Shown one piece after another: positions 10,882 to 19,469 of a stretch of 64,000 bases of DNA. The DNA lies in assembly GCA_964474885.1 (NCBI GenBank), contig CAYYWO010000001.1, forward strand, positions 102,722 to 166,721, written 5' to 3'. The notes below the pieces were generated by a model, which was not told the origin of the DNA, made no database searches, and worked only from the letters and a program-made list of their open reading frames with translations. The DNA comes from Candidatus Hadarchaeota archaeon (GTDB lineage Archaea; Hadarchaeota; Hadarchaeia; Hadarchaeales; JAWBSP01). The position numbers were made by a program, and so were the translations under genes. How positions within the stretch are numbered: the stretch's first letter is position 1; every line of letters starts with the position of its first letter.

Positions 10882-11196
10882 ATGGAGTACATATACGCTG
10901 CCCTGATGCTGCATACGTTGGGCAAGAAGATCGATGAGGGCGCAATATCAAACATATTGAAGGCGGCGGGAGCTCAGGTGGACGAGGCCAGGGTGAAAGC
11001 CCTCACTTCTGCTTTGGAAGGGATCAACATTGACGAGGCTATAAAGTCGGTTTCTCTGCCAACTATTGCCGCACCATCGCCCCAGCCCAGTCCAGCACCG
11101 GCCCCCGCCGAGGAGAAGAAAGAGGAGAAGAAGCCCGAGGAAGAAGAGAAGAAAGAAGAAGAGGCTCTAGCCGGGTTGGGGGCCCTATTCGGGTAA
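10882..11196 (+). CDS. rpl12: 50S ribosomal stalk protein L12 (aP1)
   Basis: [11 protein letters not shown]; acidic hinge; GLGALFG C-terminus. Confidence 0.97.
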   Translation: MEYIYAALMLHTLGKKIDEGAISNILKAAGAQVDEARVKALTSALEGINIDEAIKSVSLPTIAAPSPQPSPAPAPAEEKKEEKKPEEEEKKEEEALAGLGALFG

Positions 11197-11686
11197 TCCT
11201 CTACACCATTATTCACTCGTTCGTGTGACTTGACACATTCTTGTTTAAATGGGAGAACTGAGCTTCCCCCGCCTTAATGAGGGTTTTTGTTGGTTAAGGA
11301 GAGTCAACCTCTCTCCTTCAAGAACTTCCTGGCGGTTCTGAATTGGGGAGGCAGATATGGTACCCTAGTCACGCATAGTGCACCACCGCGTTTGCGAGCC
11401 TGTCGCACTCCTCAGGCAGCCCATAAGCAATCCGGTTTCAGATCCTGCTATCCAAGCGTCACCCACTCCCGTCGTTCCTTGACTCGCATCCTAAACCCAG
11501 GATGCGTGCCTACTCAATTCTTTTTCCAAAGTTAGAGCAGGAACTTGCCTCCAACGGTGTGCACCGCACCTCCTGACCCTAGCTCGCGGTCTATGGCCGT
11601 GTTGAAGGGCACCCTCTCAAAGCGCTTCCTAAAAACCTGTGTAATCGCCCCCGATCCGGTATCATATCGACGAGAATCTCCCCGCG

Positions 11687-12106
11687 ATGAGAACTGGTCT
11701 CATTTTAAATTCTGGACTCAACCCCATACTACCTGTGAGGGCGTTTTCGATAATTCTGCTCGCAGGCATGCTGTTGCTCGGTCTCTACCTGAGCAACTTT
11801 GAGCGTGATAAACTTTTGAGCGCACGCGTTACTGATATAATTGACGGAGACACCATTCGAGTCATTATTCGAGGAGAGGAGAAGAGGGTCAGGCTGGCAG
11901 GCATAGATGCCCCAGAACTGGGGGAGGGTGGGGAGAAATCGAGGGATTTTTTGACAATAATATGCCCTCCGGGAACTCCTGTGGAGTTGGAGCTGCTGGG
12001 TCGGGACAGGTACGGCAGGCTCCTCGCTGTAGTGTACCTAAAAGGGATTAACTTGAACGAACTCCTCGTGAGAGAAAACTTGGCCGAGAGAATCTGTAGT
12101 TTTTAA
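11687..12106 (+). CDS. Membrane-anchored thermonuclease (SNase-like)
   Basis: N-terminal TM helix; IIDGDTI, VRLAGIDAPE, DRYGRLLA, NELLVRENLA motifs. Confidence 0.9.
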   Translation: MRTGLILNSGLNPILPVRAFSIILLAGMLLLGLYLSNFERDKLLSARVTDIIDGDTIRVIIRGEEKRVRLAGIDAPELGEGGEKSRDFLTIICPPGTPVELELLGRDRYGRLLAVVYLKGINLNELLVRENLAERICSF

Positions 12107-12309
12107 ACCCTTCTGCTCGCGAGTCTTATGTCTTCCTCCCTGATGGTTCTTCTCTTCGCGTGATCCGCCAGCCTCACAGCTTCTGACGCGATCCGAAGTG
12201 CTTCCTCTTCTAAGATTTCCACCAGGACTTTCGCAGCCTTGTCGCTTACTCTCTTGGCACCTGCCTTTCTGATGAGTCTTTCAGCCGTTCTTAGGGGAAT
12301 AATTCCCAT
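12103..12309 (-). CDS. Archaeal histone
   Basis: IPLRTAERLIRKAGAKRVS...HAKRRTIREEDI histone fold. Confidence 0.96.
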   Translation of the reverse strand: MGIIPLRTAERLIRKAGAKRVSDKAAKVLVEILEEEALRIASEAVRLADHAKRRTIREEDIRLASRRV

Positions 12310-12369
12310 TTTTTCTTTTTTTCTTGTTTTCTGCTCTTAAATAGCCTTTTTTTAAAGAAAAGAGCAATC

Positions 12370-13194
12370 TCAGCGTATTTCAATATCTAATACCACATGA
12401 TAGCATCTGGGGGCATAGGATCTCAGCTTCCTGGCACCTAGCACCTTGATTTTCCTTGGGATCTTCTCCTTCAAAGTACGGAGAGCTTTGGAGTAAGGGT
12501 CGGGATCTTCACCAAAGTCATAGTAATGTATTATGCCTCCCTCCTCCTTGAGAGCGGAAACGGCGGTATCCAAGAAATCTTTGGCGTGCTCCGGCAAAGG
12601 CATAAGCACCCTGTCCGCTTTTTCTATCTCCTTGACCTTCTCTCTTGCATCCCCGAGCAGAGGGATCACTCGGTCCCCAACCCTGTTCAGCCGGATGTTT
12701 TCGCACATGTACTCGAAGGCAGCTGGGTTTATGTCTATAGAGTAGATTTTGGAGGCCCTCGAATGTCTGGCTATGATAATAGAATAACACCCGACTCCTG
12801 CGAACAGGTTTGTGACGATCTCATTCGGTTTTACTTGCTTCGCTATCCTTATCCTGTCATAGGAAAGCCTAGGGGAAAAATAAACCTTTGCAAGATCTAC
12901 CTTGAAGAGACACCCAGATTCCTTGTGGACAGTCTGGGTTTTCGGCTCACCGGCCAGGAACTCCAGCTTTCTCAGTCTGAACTCCCCTGACACGGGGCTT
13001 GCCTGCATGAGCACTGTCTTTATATTTTTTTGCACCCGCATAACCCCTTCCGCTATGGTTTTCCTGTAGGGGAGGAGCTCGTCCGGGAGCCTGAGTACCG
13101 CTATATCCCCGATGATGTCAAATGCCCTCACCTTCTTCAGGAGCTCGGCAGGCACCGATTCAGTCAAGGCTTCTCTCAGGTTTCTGGGCTTCAC
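12370..13194 (-). CDS. Trm5/Taw2-family tRNA-modifying SAM methyltransferase
   Basis: FDIIGDIA, KVYFSPRL, FAGVGCY, DINP, RVLMPLP. Confidence 0.88.
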   Translation of the reverse strand: MKPRNLREALTESVPAELLKKVRAFDIIGDIAVLRLPDELLPYRKTIAEGVMRVQKNIKTVLMQASPVSGEFRLRKLEFLAGEPKTQTVHKESGCLFKVDLAKVYFSPRLSYDRIRIAKQVKPNEIVTNLFAGVGCYSIIIARHSRASKIYSIDINPAAFEYMCENIRLNRVGDRVIPLLGDAREKVKEIEKADRVLMPLPEHAKDFLDTAVSALKEEGGIIHYYDFGEDPDPYSKALRTLKEKIPRKIKVLGARKLRSYAPRCYHVVLDIEIR

Positions 13195-14102
13195 CTCTTC
13201 CAGTAGGGAGATTTGAGATCCTCAAAGGCCGAAATGGCTGCGACCGCCCCCTGTGCACAGGCTACCACTATCTGCCTGATGAGGCCTGTCACATCCCCAG
13301 CAGCATAAACCCTTGGTAGGCTTGTTCTCTGATTTCCATCCACTTTTATCCATCCTTCCTTTGAAAGCTCCAGACCCAGCTGGCGTGCCAAATGATTGTT
13401 TGGCACTTCACCGATCGCGATGAAGACTCCATCGACCTCCAGAGTCTCCCTATTGCCGGTATCCGTCTCCACGAGTTCGAGGCCCCTCACTTTGCCATCT
13501 CCCAGAATCCTCTCCACCTTCCGGTTCAGCTTCAACTCGATACCTGTCAGCTTATCTTGGAGGTACTTCTCTGCTCTGAGCTGATGCCTGCGGTGTATCA
13601 GGCAAACCCTGCAACCCAAATTCTTTAAGTACAGGGCCTCGAGAGCCGCCGAGTTCCCTCCCCCCACCACAGCGACCCTCTTCCCCCGGAAGAGGAAGCC
13701 ATCACAAGTGGCACAGTATGATACTCCTTTCCCTAAAAACTCTTTCTCGCCTTGAACTCCGAGCTTTCTTTTCTCGCAACCTGTCGCGAGCAAAACCGCT
13801 CTGGTCTCGTATTCGCCCTTCGTCGATTTAATCCTGAACCTTTCATTCTTCTGGATCTCCAAGACTTCTTCTCCTTCATGTATGGACACGTACTGGGAGG
13901 CGTGTTTTTTCATTCTCTCTGCCAACTCATTCCCGCTCAGTTCTCCAAACCCTGGGAAGTTTTCTATCCATGGGGCTTCTCTCAGCATGCCCCCAGCAGT
14001 ACCCTTCTCCAAGACGATACAATCGAGCCCAAGTCTGGATGCATAAATACCAGCAGTCAACCCCGCAGGCCCTCCCCCGATAATTATAAGCTCGGAGCCC
14101 AT
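13191..14102 (-). CDS. trxB: Thioredoxin-disulfide reductase
   Basis: GGGPAG, GVSYCATCDG, GGGNSA, YAAGDVTG. Confidence 0.95.
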   Translation of the reverse strand: MGSELIIIGGGPAGLTAGIYASRLGLDCIVLEKGTAGGMLREAPWIENFPGFGELSGNELAERMKKHASQYVSIHEGEEVLEIQKNERFRIKSTKGEYETRAVLLATGCEKRKLGVQGEKEFLGKGVSYCATCDGFLFRGKRVAVVGGGNSAALEALYLKNLGCRVCLIHRRHQLRAEKYLQDKLTGIELKLNRKVERILGDGKVRGLELVETDTGNRETLEVDGVFIAIGEVPNNHLARQLGLELSKEGWIKVDGNQRTSLPRVYAAGDVTGLIRQIVVACAQGAVAAISAFEDLKSPYWKR

Positions 14103-14130
14103 TTTAAAAATAGCTTGTGGATTTTGAACC

Positions 14131-15348
14131 CTACGCCAGGCGGGATAGAATGACCGGGAGCATAAGGCAGCCCATACAATGAACTCTTCGTACTCCGACC
14201 TTGGGCGGGAGCATCCCGATCGCAGTAGCAGTAGAGAGTATCACCAATCCTACAGGGCCGCAACAGTAAAAGGACAGCCAAGTTACCCAAAGCGAAACCG
14301 TAAGGACGAGGAACCGGTAAGGGAAACGCGGGATGAAGATGGAGGCGAATTTTCCGAGCCTCAGGACGATGAGCGTGGCAAGACCGCCGGCAAAGATGCA
14401 GGCACTTATCAGAACTAGGAGGGTGCTGAGGTCGACTTGGAGGAGTTTTCCAACTCCTGCAGCGATCCCCGTCCTCGTGCGGTGGATAAGGTAAAGGAGT
14501 ACGATCGAGTAAAAAACCTTGAGGAGGTTTACTTCCCCTAGGCAAAGCAGGAACTCCTCACTTGTCTCGGAGCGTGTGATAGCCTGGGCCAAAGTTGTTG
14601 TTTGGGCAGGCCCCACGGCTGGGAGCATGCCCATGAAAGATCCGACGATACCTGCCGCACCCATGGTTCTCTTGTTCAGCTGGATCGGTTCGTCAGCGGA
14701 TGATTGGGGAGGGAGTTCGTTTGTGGACTGCAGGCTCAGGAGGAGTGTGCTGAGACCGAACAGTCCGGAGAAAAGAGGGACAAGCGACGCATCCGCTGGG
14801 CAAAGCCCCCCGCTGAGGCATATTCTTCCGAGCAGGCCGGCGAGCGTGAAGATGAGTAATCCCCACAGGACTTTCCTCAGGGACCTTTCTACGTACAACA
14901 TGAGACAGGCTATCCCGATCAGGATAAAGCCCACATAATCGCTGAGTAATCCGTAAATCTGAGGTGCTAAAAGGAAGAAGAGAGGGAAGAGGAGTAGGCC
15001 TACAAGCAGGCCGAAAAGACAGCCTGAAGCCGATAGGCGCAGGGCCTGATAGCCTTTTCCCTCTCTGACCAACCTGTGGGCTGGGAGCACAGAAAGGGCT
15101 GTCCCCTCCTCGGGCACGCCTAGGAAAGTTGATGGAATGTAAGCGACGAAAGTATTTGTGATACCAGCACAGACGAGAAAGACCGAGGCCCATAGGGGAT
15201 CCAAGCCTAAGGAAAAAGCGAGGGTTAGGGTAATGGGAATCATGTTGTTCGGATGTACGCCGGGGATTAAACCGCAGAAAGTCCCACATCCTACCCCGAG
15301 TAGGGCGTAGAGGAGGGGCTCATACATAGAGGCGTAAGCCAGCCTCAC
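14131..15348 (-). CDS. TctA-family (tripartite tricarboxylate transporter-like) membrane protein, archaeal type
   Basis: GLIPGVHPN, IPSTFLGVPE..TALSVLPAH, PLFSGLFG; multi-TM with internal repeat. Confidence 0.85.
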   Translation of the reverse strand: MRLAYASMYEPLLYALLGVGCGTFCGLIPGVHPNNMIPITLTLAFSLGLDPLWASVFLVCAGITNTFVAYIPSTFLGVPEEGTALSVLPAHRLVREGKGYQALRLSASGCLFGLLVGLLLFPLFFLLAPQIYGLLSDYVGFILIGIACLMLYVERSLRKVLWGLLIFTLAGLLGRICLSGGLCPADASLVPLFSGLFGLSTLLLSLQSTNELPPQSSADEPIQLNKRTMGAAGIVGSFMGMLPAVGPAQTTTLAQAITRSETSEEFLLCLGEVNLLKVFYSIVLLYLIHRTRTGIAAGVGKLLQVDLSTLLVLISACIFAGGLATLIVLRLGKFASIFIPRFPYRFLVLTVSLWVTWLSFYCCGPVGLVILSTATAIGMLPPKVGVRRVHCMGCLMLPVILSRLA

Positions 15349-15949
15349 AGGTCAACTTCAACTCTGGTTCTCCCTTGTAGAGCTGGACGAGCCCGCAAGC
15401 CCTCACTACCTGCCCCCGCCTCGGAAGGCTTTCCAATTGGAAGGGGACAAAGACCCTCACCTGACCACGATTCTCAAGTGTAAGCATGGTGTACGTCCCG
15501 ATTCTCTTAATCTCTTTTACTTTTCCCTGTACTTTCACCACCTGACCGATTTTTTTCCAGATCCAGCTGAAGGGAATGGGGTGAACATGATAGATCTTAA
15601 CGTCGGCAGGCGAGCCTGGTACCACTTGGAGTTCATCCCTGTAGGTGCCGGCCTTTCCCCTGACTTTCATTTGATCCCCAACTTCGAATTCTTCTATCCC
15701 CCGTAGGACGCTCTTGAAGAGAGGAATCTCTAGGAAGCTATCACCATCCGTCAGCTCGAGAAAGGCGTTTCCCTTGGCGAAGTGCATACTGTAGATAGTT
15801 CCGAACACCTCCACTCTCCTCCCCAGCTGGCTTTCTACTTCATCAAGTTGAACTTGTTGTGGCTTCGCCCCAGCCGAGGAGATATACAGGAAAAACAGTC
15901 CGGCTAGTGCAAGACCTAGGGAGATCCTGATCAAGTTCTTCTCCTGCAT
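15320..15949 (-). CDS. Membrane-anchored tandem OB-fold protein
   Basis: N-terminal TM; two repeats of the type G..V.V.G.....F/L.L.D/E...V.G.V..Y.G/D..E/Q; overlaps the TctA-like gene. Confidence 0.78.
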   Translation of the reverse strand: MQEKNLIRISLGLALAGLFFLYISSAGAKPQQVQLDEVESQLGRRVEVFGTIYSMHFAKGNAFLELTDGDSFLEIPLFKSVLRGIEEFEVGDQMKVRGKAGTYRDELQVVPGSPADVKIYHVHPIPFSWIWKKIGQVVKVQGKVKEIKRIGTYTMLTLENRGQVRVFVPFQLESLPRRGQVVRACGLVQLYKGEPELKLTCEAGLRLYV

Positions 15950-15991
15950 CGCTGTTGATTGAGAGGAGCTCCTTTTTAAATCGAAAACAAT

Positions 15992-16015
15992 TGTCTGTTA
16001 CTATGGTAACAGACA
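15992..16015. repeat. Perfect 10-bp inverted repeat (TGTCTGTTAC-tatg-GTAACAGACA)
   Basis: Read directly; lies between the tRNA-iMet 3' end and the OB-fold/TctA operon start. Confidence 0.85.
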
Positions 16016-16023
16016 CTTTACGG

Positions 16024-16098
16024 TAGCGGGGGGAGGATTTGAACCTCCGACCTCCGGGTTATGAGCCCGGCGGGCACTCCAAGCTGCCCCACCCCGCT
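16024..16098 (-). tRNA. Initiator tRNA-Met(CAT)
   Basis: Reverse complement AGCGGGG...CCGGG-CTCATAA-CCCGG...GGTTCAAATCC...CCCCGCT-A; A1-U72 and consecutive G-C pairs in the anticodon stem. Confidence 0.95.
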
Positions 16099-16147
16099 CT
16101 AAAAATTTTCAGCTCAAGTGTTAAATCCTTCCTGCGTCGCCCAATTG

Positions 16148-17137
16148 ATGCTTGTTCTGGTGAGACCAGGCGAGTACTTTTTAAAGAGCGAGAGAACAAG
16201 GCGCTTTTTTGAGCAGATACTGATCAAAAACATAAAGAGGGCTCTGCCGGATTGCGAGGTCGAGCTGGAGAGGGGGAGGCTTTTCGTCAGAACGGGCTCT
16301 AGAAAGGCCCTCCGGTGCCTAGCAAAGCTCCCAGGCATAAGCTCTGTGAGTCCAGTGCTCGAGGCGAAGCCCGAGGTGGATGATATAGCTAGGAAATCGA
16401 TTCGAATGCTCAGGAGGAAACTGAAAGAAGGGATGTCCTTTGCTGTCAGGACGAGGGTGGTGGGCCAACATCCCTTTTCCTCAAGGTACATCAACGAAAG
16501 AGTTGGAGATGCCATCAAGCGGGCAAAAAATGTGACAGTAGATTTAGAATCCCCCGATTTGTTGCTGGAGATCGAGGTGAGGGGACAAAAGGCTTATCTT
16601 TCCTGTCGCAGGTTGCAAGGTGTTGGTGGGCTTCCGGTTGGTGCGGAAGGGAGGGTGATTTCTCTCTGCAGGGGAAGGCCAGAGGACCTTCTTTCAACTT
16701 GGTTCGCACTGAAACGCGGATGTGATACAGTCTTGTTAATCCTCCACGAGTGCCCGGATCGCTTTCTGAAGAGATTCAGGAGACTTGGAGTTCCCATGAA
16801 GGCATATTTTGTGAGGACTCGCAAGTGCCCCCGATCCGTGGCTCTCCGTCTGGCAGGAGATTTGGGAAAAGCGGAGGGAGCATGTGCTGTGATACTCTCG
16901 GATCGCTTAGATCAGCTGGACGAGGATGTGATCTCCCTTGATGGGTTCTGTGGGCTACCAGTCCTCCGGCCGCTGGTGGGTTTTACGGAGGAGGACATAA
17001 GGAAACTTCTACAAAGATTTGGTCTCAGGAGGGTCAGCTCTCGTCAGACCAAACCCAATCAGGTTCCCCGGGCGGAAGTCGAGGTTCTGGCTTCGAAGCT
17101 CCGTGCGGAACTCCAACAGACACTATTATACCCCTAG
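16148..17137 (+). CDS. THUMP-domain ThiI-like protein with degenerate PP-loop
   Basis: GEYFLKS, THUMP (FAVR...VDLESPD..IEV), GVGGLPVG; SGGxDS replaced by CRGRPED. Confidence 0.8.
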   Translation: MLVLVRPGEYFLKSERTRRFFEQILIKNIKRALPDCEVELERGRLFVRTGSRKALRCLAKLPGISSVSPVLEAKPEVDDIARKSIRMLRRKLKEGMSFAVRTRVVGQHPFSSRYINERVGDAIKRAKNVTVDLESPDLLLEIEVRGQKAYLSCRRLQGVGGLPVGAEGRVISLCRGRPEDLLSTWFALKRGCDTVLLILHECPDRFLKRFRRLGVPMKAYFVRTRKCPRSVALRLAGDLGKAEGACAVILSDRLDQLDEDVISLDGFCGLPVLRPLVGFTEEDIRKLLQRFGLRRVSSRQTKPNQVPRAEVEVLASKLRAELQQTLLYP

Positions 17138-17695
17138 CTTACGCTCAAGCTCGGAAATGGGATCCTCGGAGTCATCCACTTGCACCTTCGTAAATCTCTC
17201 ACCCGCGATCAGGATTGCGGCAGATCTCTCTCCTCTTCTGTCGCCGCCAGCCTCTGCCCCAGCCTTCAAAGCAGCTAGGAGTCTGTTGGGCAGACTACCA
17301 CCCCTTCTGAAGGCCTGTGCCATCCTCACTATGACTTGAGAACTCCGCAGGAGATTCCCACCACAGATGAAGTTCTCACCTATCACGTGCCCGCTTACCG
17401 CCGAGCACCTCCTTCCAGAGTGTGCAGCACATCCCCCCATTCCTAGCACGAAAACCTGTCTCATCTCCCTCCCCGGATCGGCGGCCAGCAACTTGTTCAG
17501 ACACTCCTCAGGCTTCAGCCCCTTGCGCAGTAGCTCGAGTCCTCTGATGCCGTACGAGATGTCCGTCAAACCCTGAGTTGCGATGGCCCCTACACCTCTC
17601 TCCGCCCAAGGAACACGGTCCCCCACCGCTACGGAGCCCGATGCCACCGCGACGGCAAAAGTCCTGTTTTCCCTCGCTACTATGGAGAAGGTCAT
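17126..17695 (-). CDS. DUF1028-family Ntn-hydrolase-like protein
   Basis: MTFSIVA, GVGAIATQ, AGGDRRGERSAA. Confidence 0.9.
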   Translation of the reverse strand: MTFSIVARENRTFAVAVASGSVAVGDRVPWAERGVGAIATQGLTDISYGIRGLELLRKGLKPEECLNKLLAADPGREMRQVFVLGMGGCAAHSGRRCSAVSGHVIGENFICGGNLLRSSQVIVRMAQAFRRGGSLPNRLLAALKAGAEAGGDRRGERSAAILIAGERFTKVQVDDSEDPISELERKLGV

Positions 17696-18321
17696 AACAG
17701 ATTCAGCAACTCCCTCAGATCCCTTATCACGAAGGGCCCCTCTTTTTTCGACGCCCTGTCTATGAGGTAGGCATTGATCCCGATCGATCTTGGGATCTCC
17801 AAGTCGAACTTTGGATGATCCCCTACATGTAGCATTTCTTGGGGCAGGATGTTAAGCTCCTCTAAGATGAGCCTGTAGGTGCGATTCTTCTTGACCTCCC
17901 CGAAATCCGAGAGGGCCGAGTACACCCGTTCAAAGAAGTTTATAATCCCAAGGATCCTTAGTTGAAATTCGGCGAAGTCTTTTGGTGCATTTGTGCAGAC
18001 GATCAGCCTGTAACCCGTCAGTTTTGATAGCACATCCCGCACTTCTGGGTAGAGCTTGGCGGCATGGGCACAGGCCTCAAAGATGCTCTCCCTCCTCACT
18101 TCCAGCCCGAACTTCTTGACCCAGTACTCCAGATCATACCACTCAGGCCTTTCATCCCCAACCTTCTCATATTGCCTGCGGCAGTACTCTTTAGCCTCCT
18201 CCCTCGTCATGTCCAACTTTTCCATCACTAGGCTGGGGAGGTACTCATGCCAGACTTCGTTGGCGAAGGTAGACATGGTTAGAGTTCCGTCTAGATCAAA
18301 GGAGATGATCTTCACGCTCAT
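17692..18321 (-). CDS. HAD-superfamily hydrolase
   Basis: FDLDGTL, TNA, HVGDH..D motifs. Confidence 0.9.
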   Translation of the reverse strand: MSVKIISFDLDGTLTMSTFANEVWHEYLPSLVMEKLDMTREEAKEYCRRQYEKVGDERPEWYDLEYWVKKFGLEVRRESIFEACAHAAKLYPEVRDVLSKLTGYRLIVCTNAPKDFAEFQLRILGIINFFERVYSALSDFGEVKKNRTYRLILEELNILPQEMLHVGDHPKFDLEIPRSIGINAYLIDRASKKEGPFVIRDLRELLNLL

Positions 18322-18346
18322 TTTTTAAAAAGACTTCGAGGAGTTA

Positions 18347-19468
18347 ATGAGGTTATCATATGTCATGATATCGCTTTTTCTGTTCCCGCTGGTTTTTGCT
18401 CAGACGGCGGAACCCCCGACTTGGGAAGTGGGTGACGAATGGGCTTGGGGTTCAACTTGGGACATTGATAATTTTCTCAGGAATTTGGCGAATCAAGTGC
18501 CCCAACTCGCCCTAACAGAGGCAAGCGGGGAGTTCAGTTGCTATAGTGTGCAACGTGTGGCTGCTCTGCGGGGTGGAGAGTACGTGACTTCGGTTAGGGT
18601 GGGCATGGAGCTGAGAGACTTCAAGGTAACGGGAAGTTACAAGTCGCCGGAACACGGTTTGGAGCCCCTTGCAAATGTCTCTCTCAGTGCTTCAGGATGG
18701 CTCAAGGCAAATGGGGAGTTCACATACACCCAACAACTGGCTCTGCATACCCTGAGTCTCTCTGGGAATGGTGAGCTAGAGGCGGCACTTACTGCTCCAG
18801 GTTTTTCAAGTTCCTTTGAGTTCTGGAACTTCGATTTGGGCCTTTCGGCCACCTATGACCCGCCTGCGGACATCTTTAACTTCCCAATTCAAGTTGAGGA
18901 GGAATGGGAGTACTCTGGTGCCTACTCAGGCAGAGGAAGAGTTTCGTGCGAAGTGAAAATGAGGATTGAAATGGGCGACTACGAAAATACTTGGGAGAAT
19001 TCATTTTCCTACGAGGACACCTTCTCAGAGGAACTGACGGTCAAATATCGTTGCAGGGGCATTACGCAGGTTCAGACTGGAGGGAAGGAGCTTCAGTGCT
19101 TCGAGATCGAGGTGACATCTGAGGGCCAGAAAGCTCCTATTTTCATCCTGCTGTACTCTCCCGAAAAGAAAAATTTCGTAGGACTGGAGGTAAACTGGCT
19201 AGGACTCTTCTTCCAGTTTGAACCCTTCTCGGAGCACGTGAAGGAAGCAGCTGAGCAAACACCCGTCGGTCCACTAGTCGAGGAGATGGACATGGAGGGG
19301 GTTCTGCGCTCGACAGAGGAGACGGTTCAATTTTATTCCGTCTCCCCCTCCGAGGCAGAAGAGCGGATTGAGGGGATGGGTGGGAGAGAAGGTCTGCCAA
19401 TTGAACTAGAGATTATACCCCCTCTTGCAATAGCAATCGTAATAATTGCTACCAGGTTGCGCAAGTAA
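18347..19468 (+). CDS. Secreted, C-terminally anchored hypothetical surface protein
   Basis: Sec signal peptide, acidic beta-rich body (PTWEVGDEW), C-terminal hydrophobic stretch followed by RLRK. Confidence 0.65.
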   Translation: MRLSYVMISLFLFPLVFAQTAEPPTWEVGDEWAWGSTWDIDNFLRNLANQVPQLALTEASGEFSCYSVQRVAALRGGEYVTSVRVGMELRDFKVTGSYKSPEHGLEPLANVSLSASGWLKANGEFTYTQQLALHTLSLSGNGELEAALTAPGFSSSFEFWNFDLGLSATYDPPADIFNFPIQVEEEWEYSGAYSGRGRVSCEVKMRIEMGDYENTWENSFSYEDTFSEELTVKYRCRGITQVQTGGKELQCFEIEVTSEGQKAPIFILLYSPEKKNFVGLEVNWLGLFFQFEPFSEHVKEAAEQTPVGPLVEEMDMEGVLRSTEETVQFYSVSPSEAEERIEGMGGREGLPIELEIIPPLAIAIVIIATRLRK

Positions 19469-19469
19469 G

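Noticed and set aside
11200-11686. RNase P or SRP RNA, and the short plus-strand ORFs 11287-11535 and 11545-11802
   Set aside because: The P4 (GAGGAAAGTCC-like) and SRP signatures are absent; the ORFs have TTG starts and no protein-like motifs.
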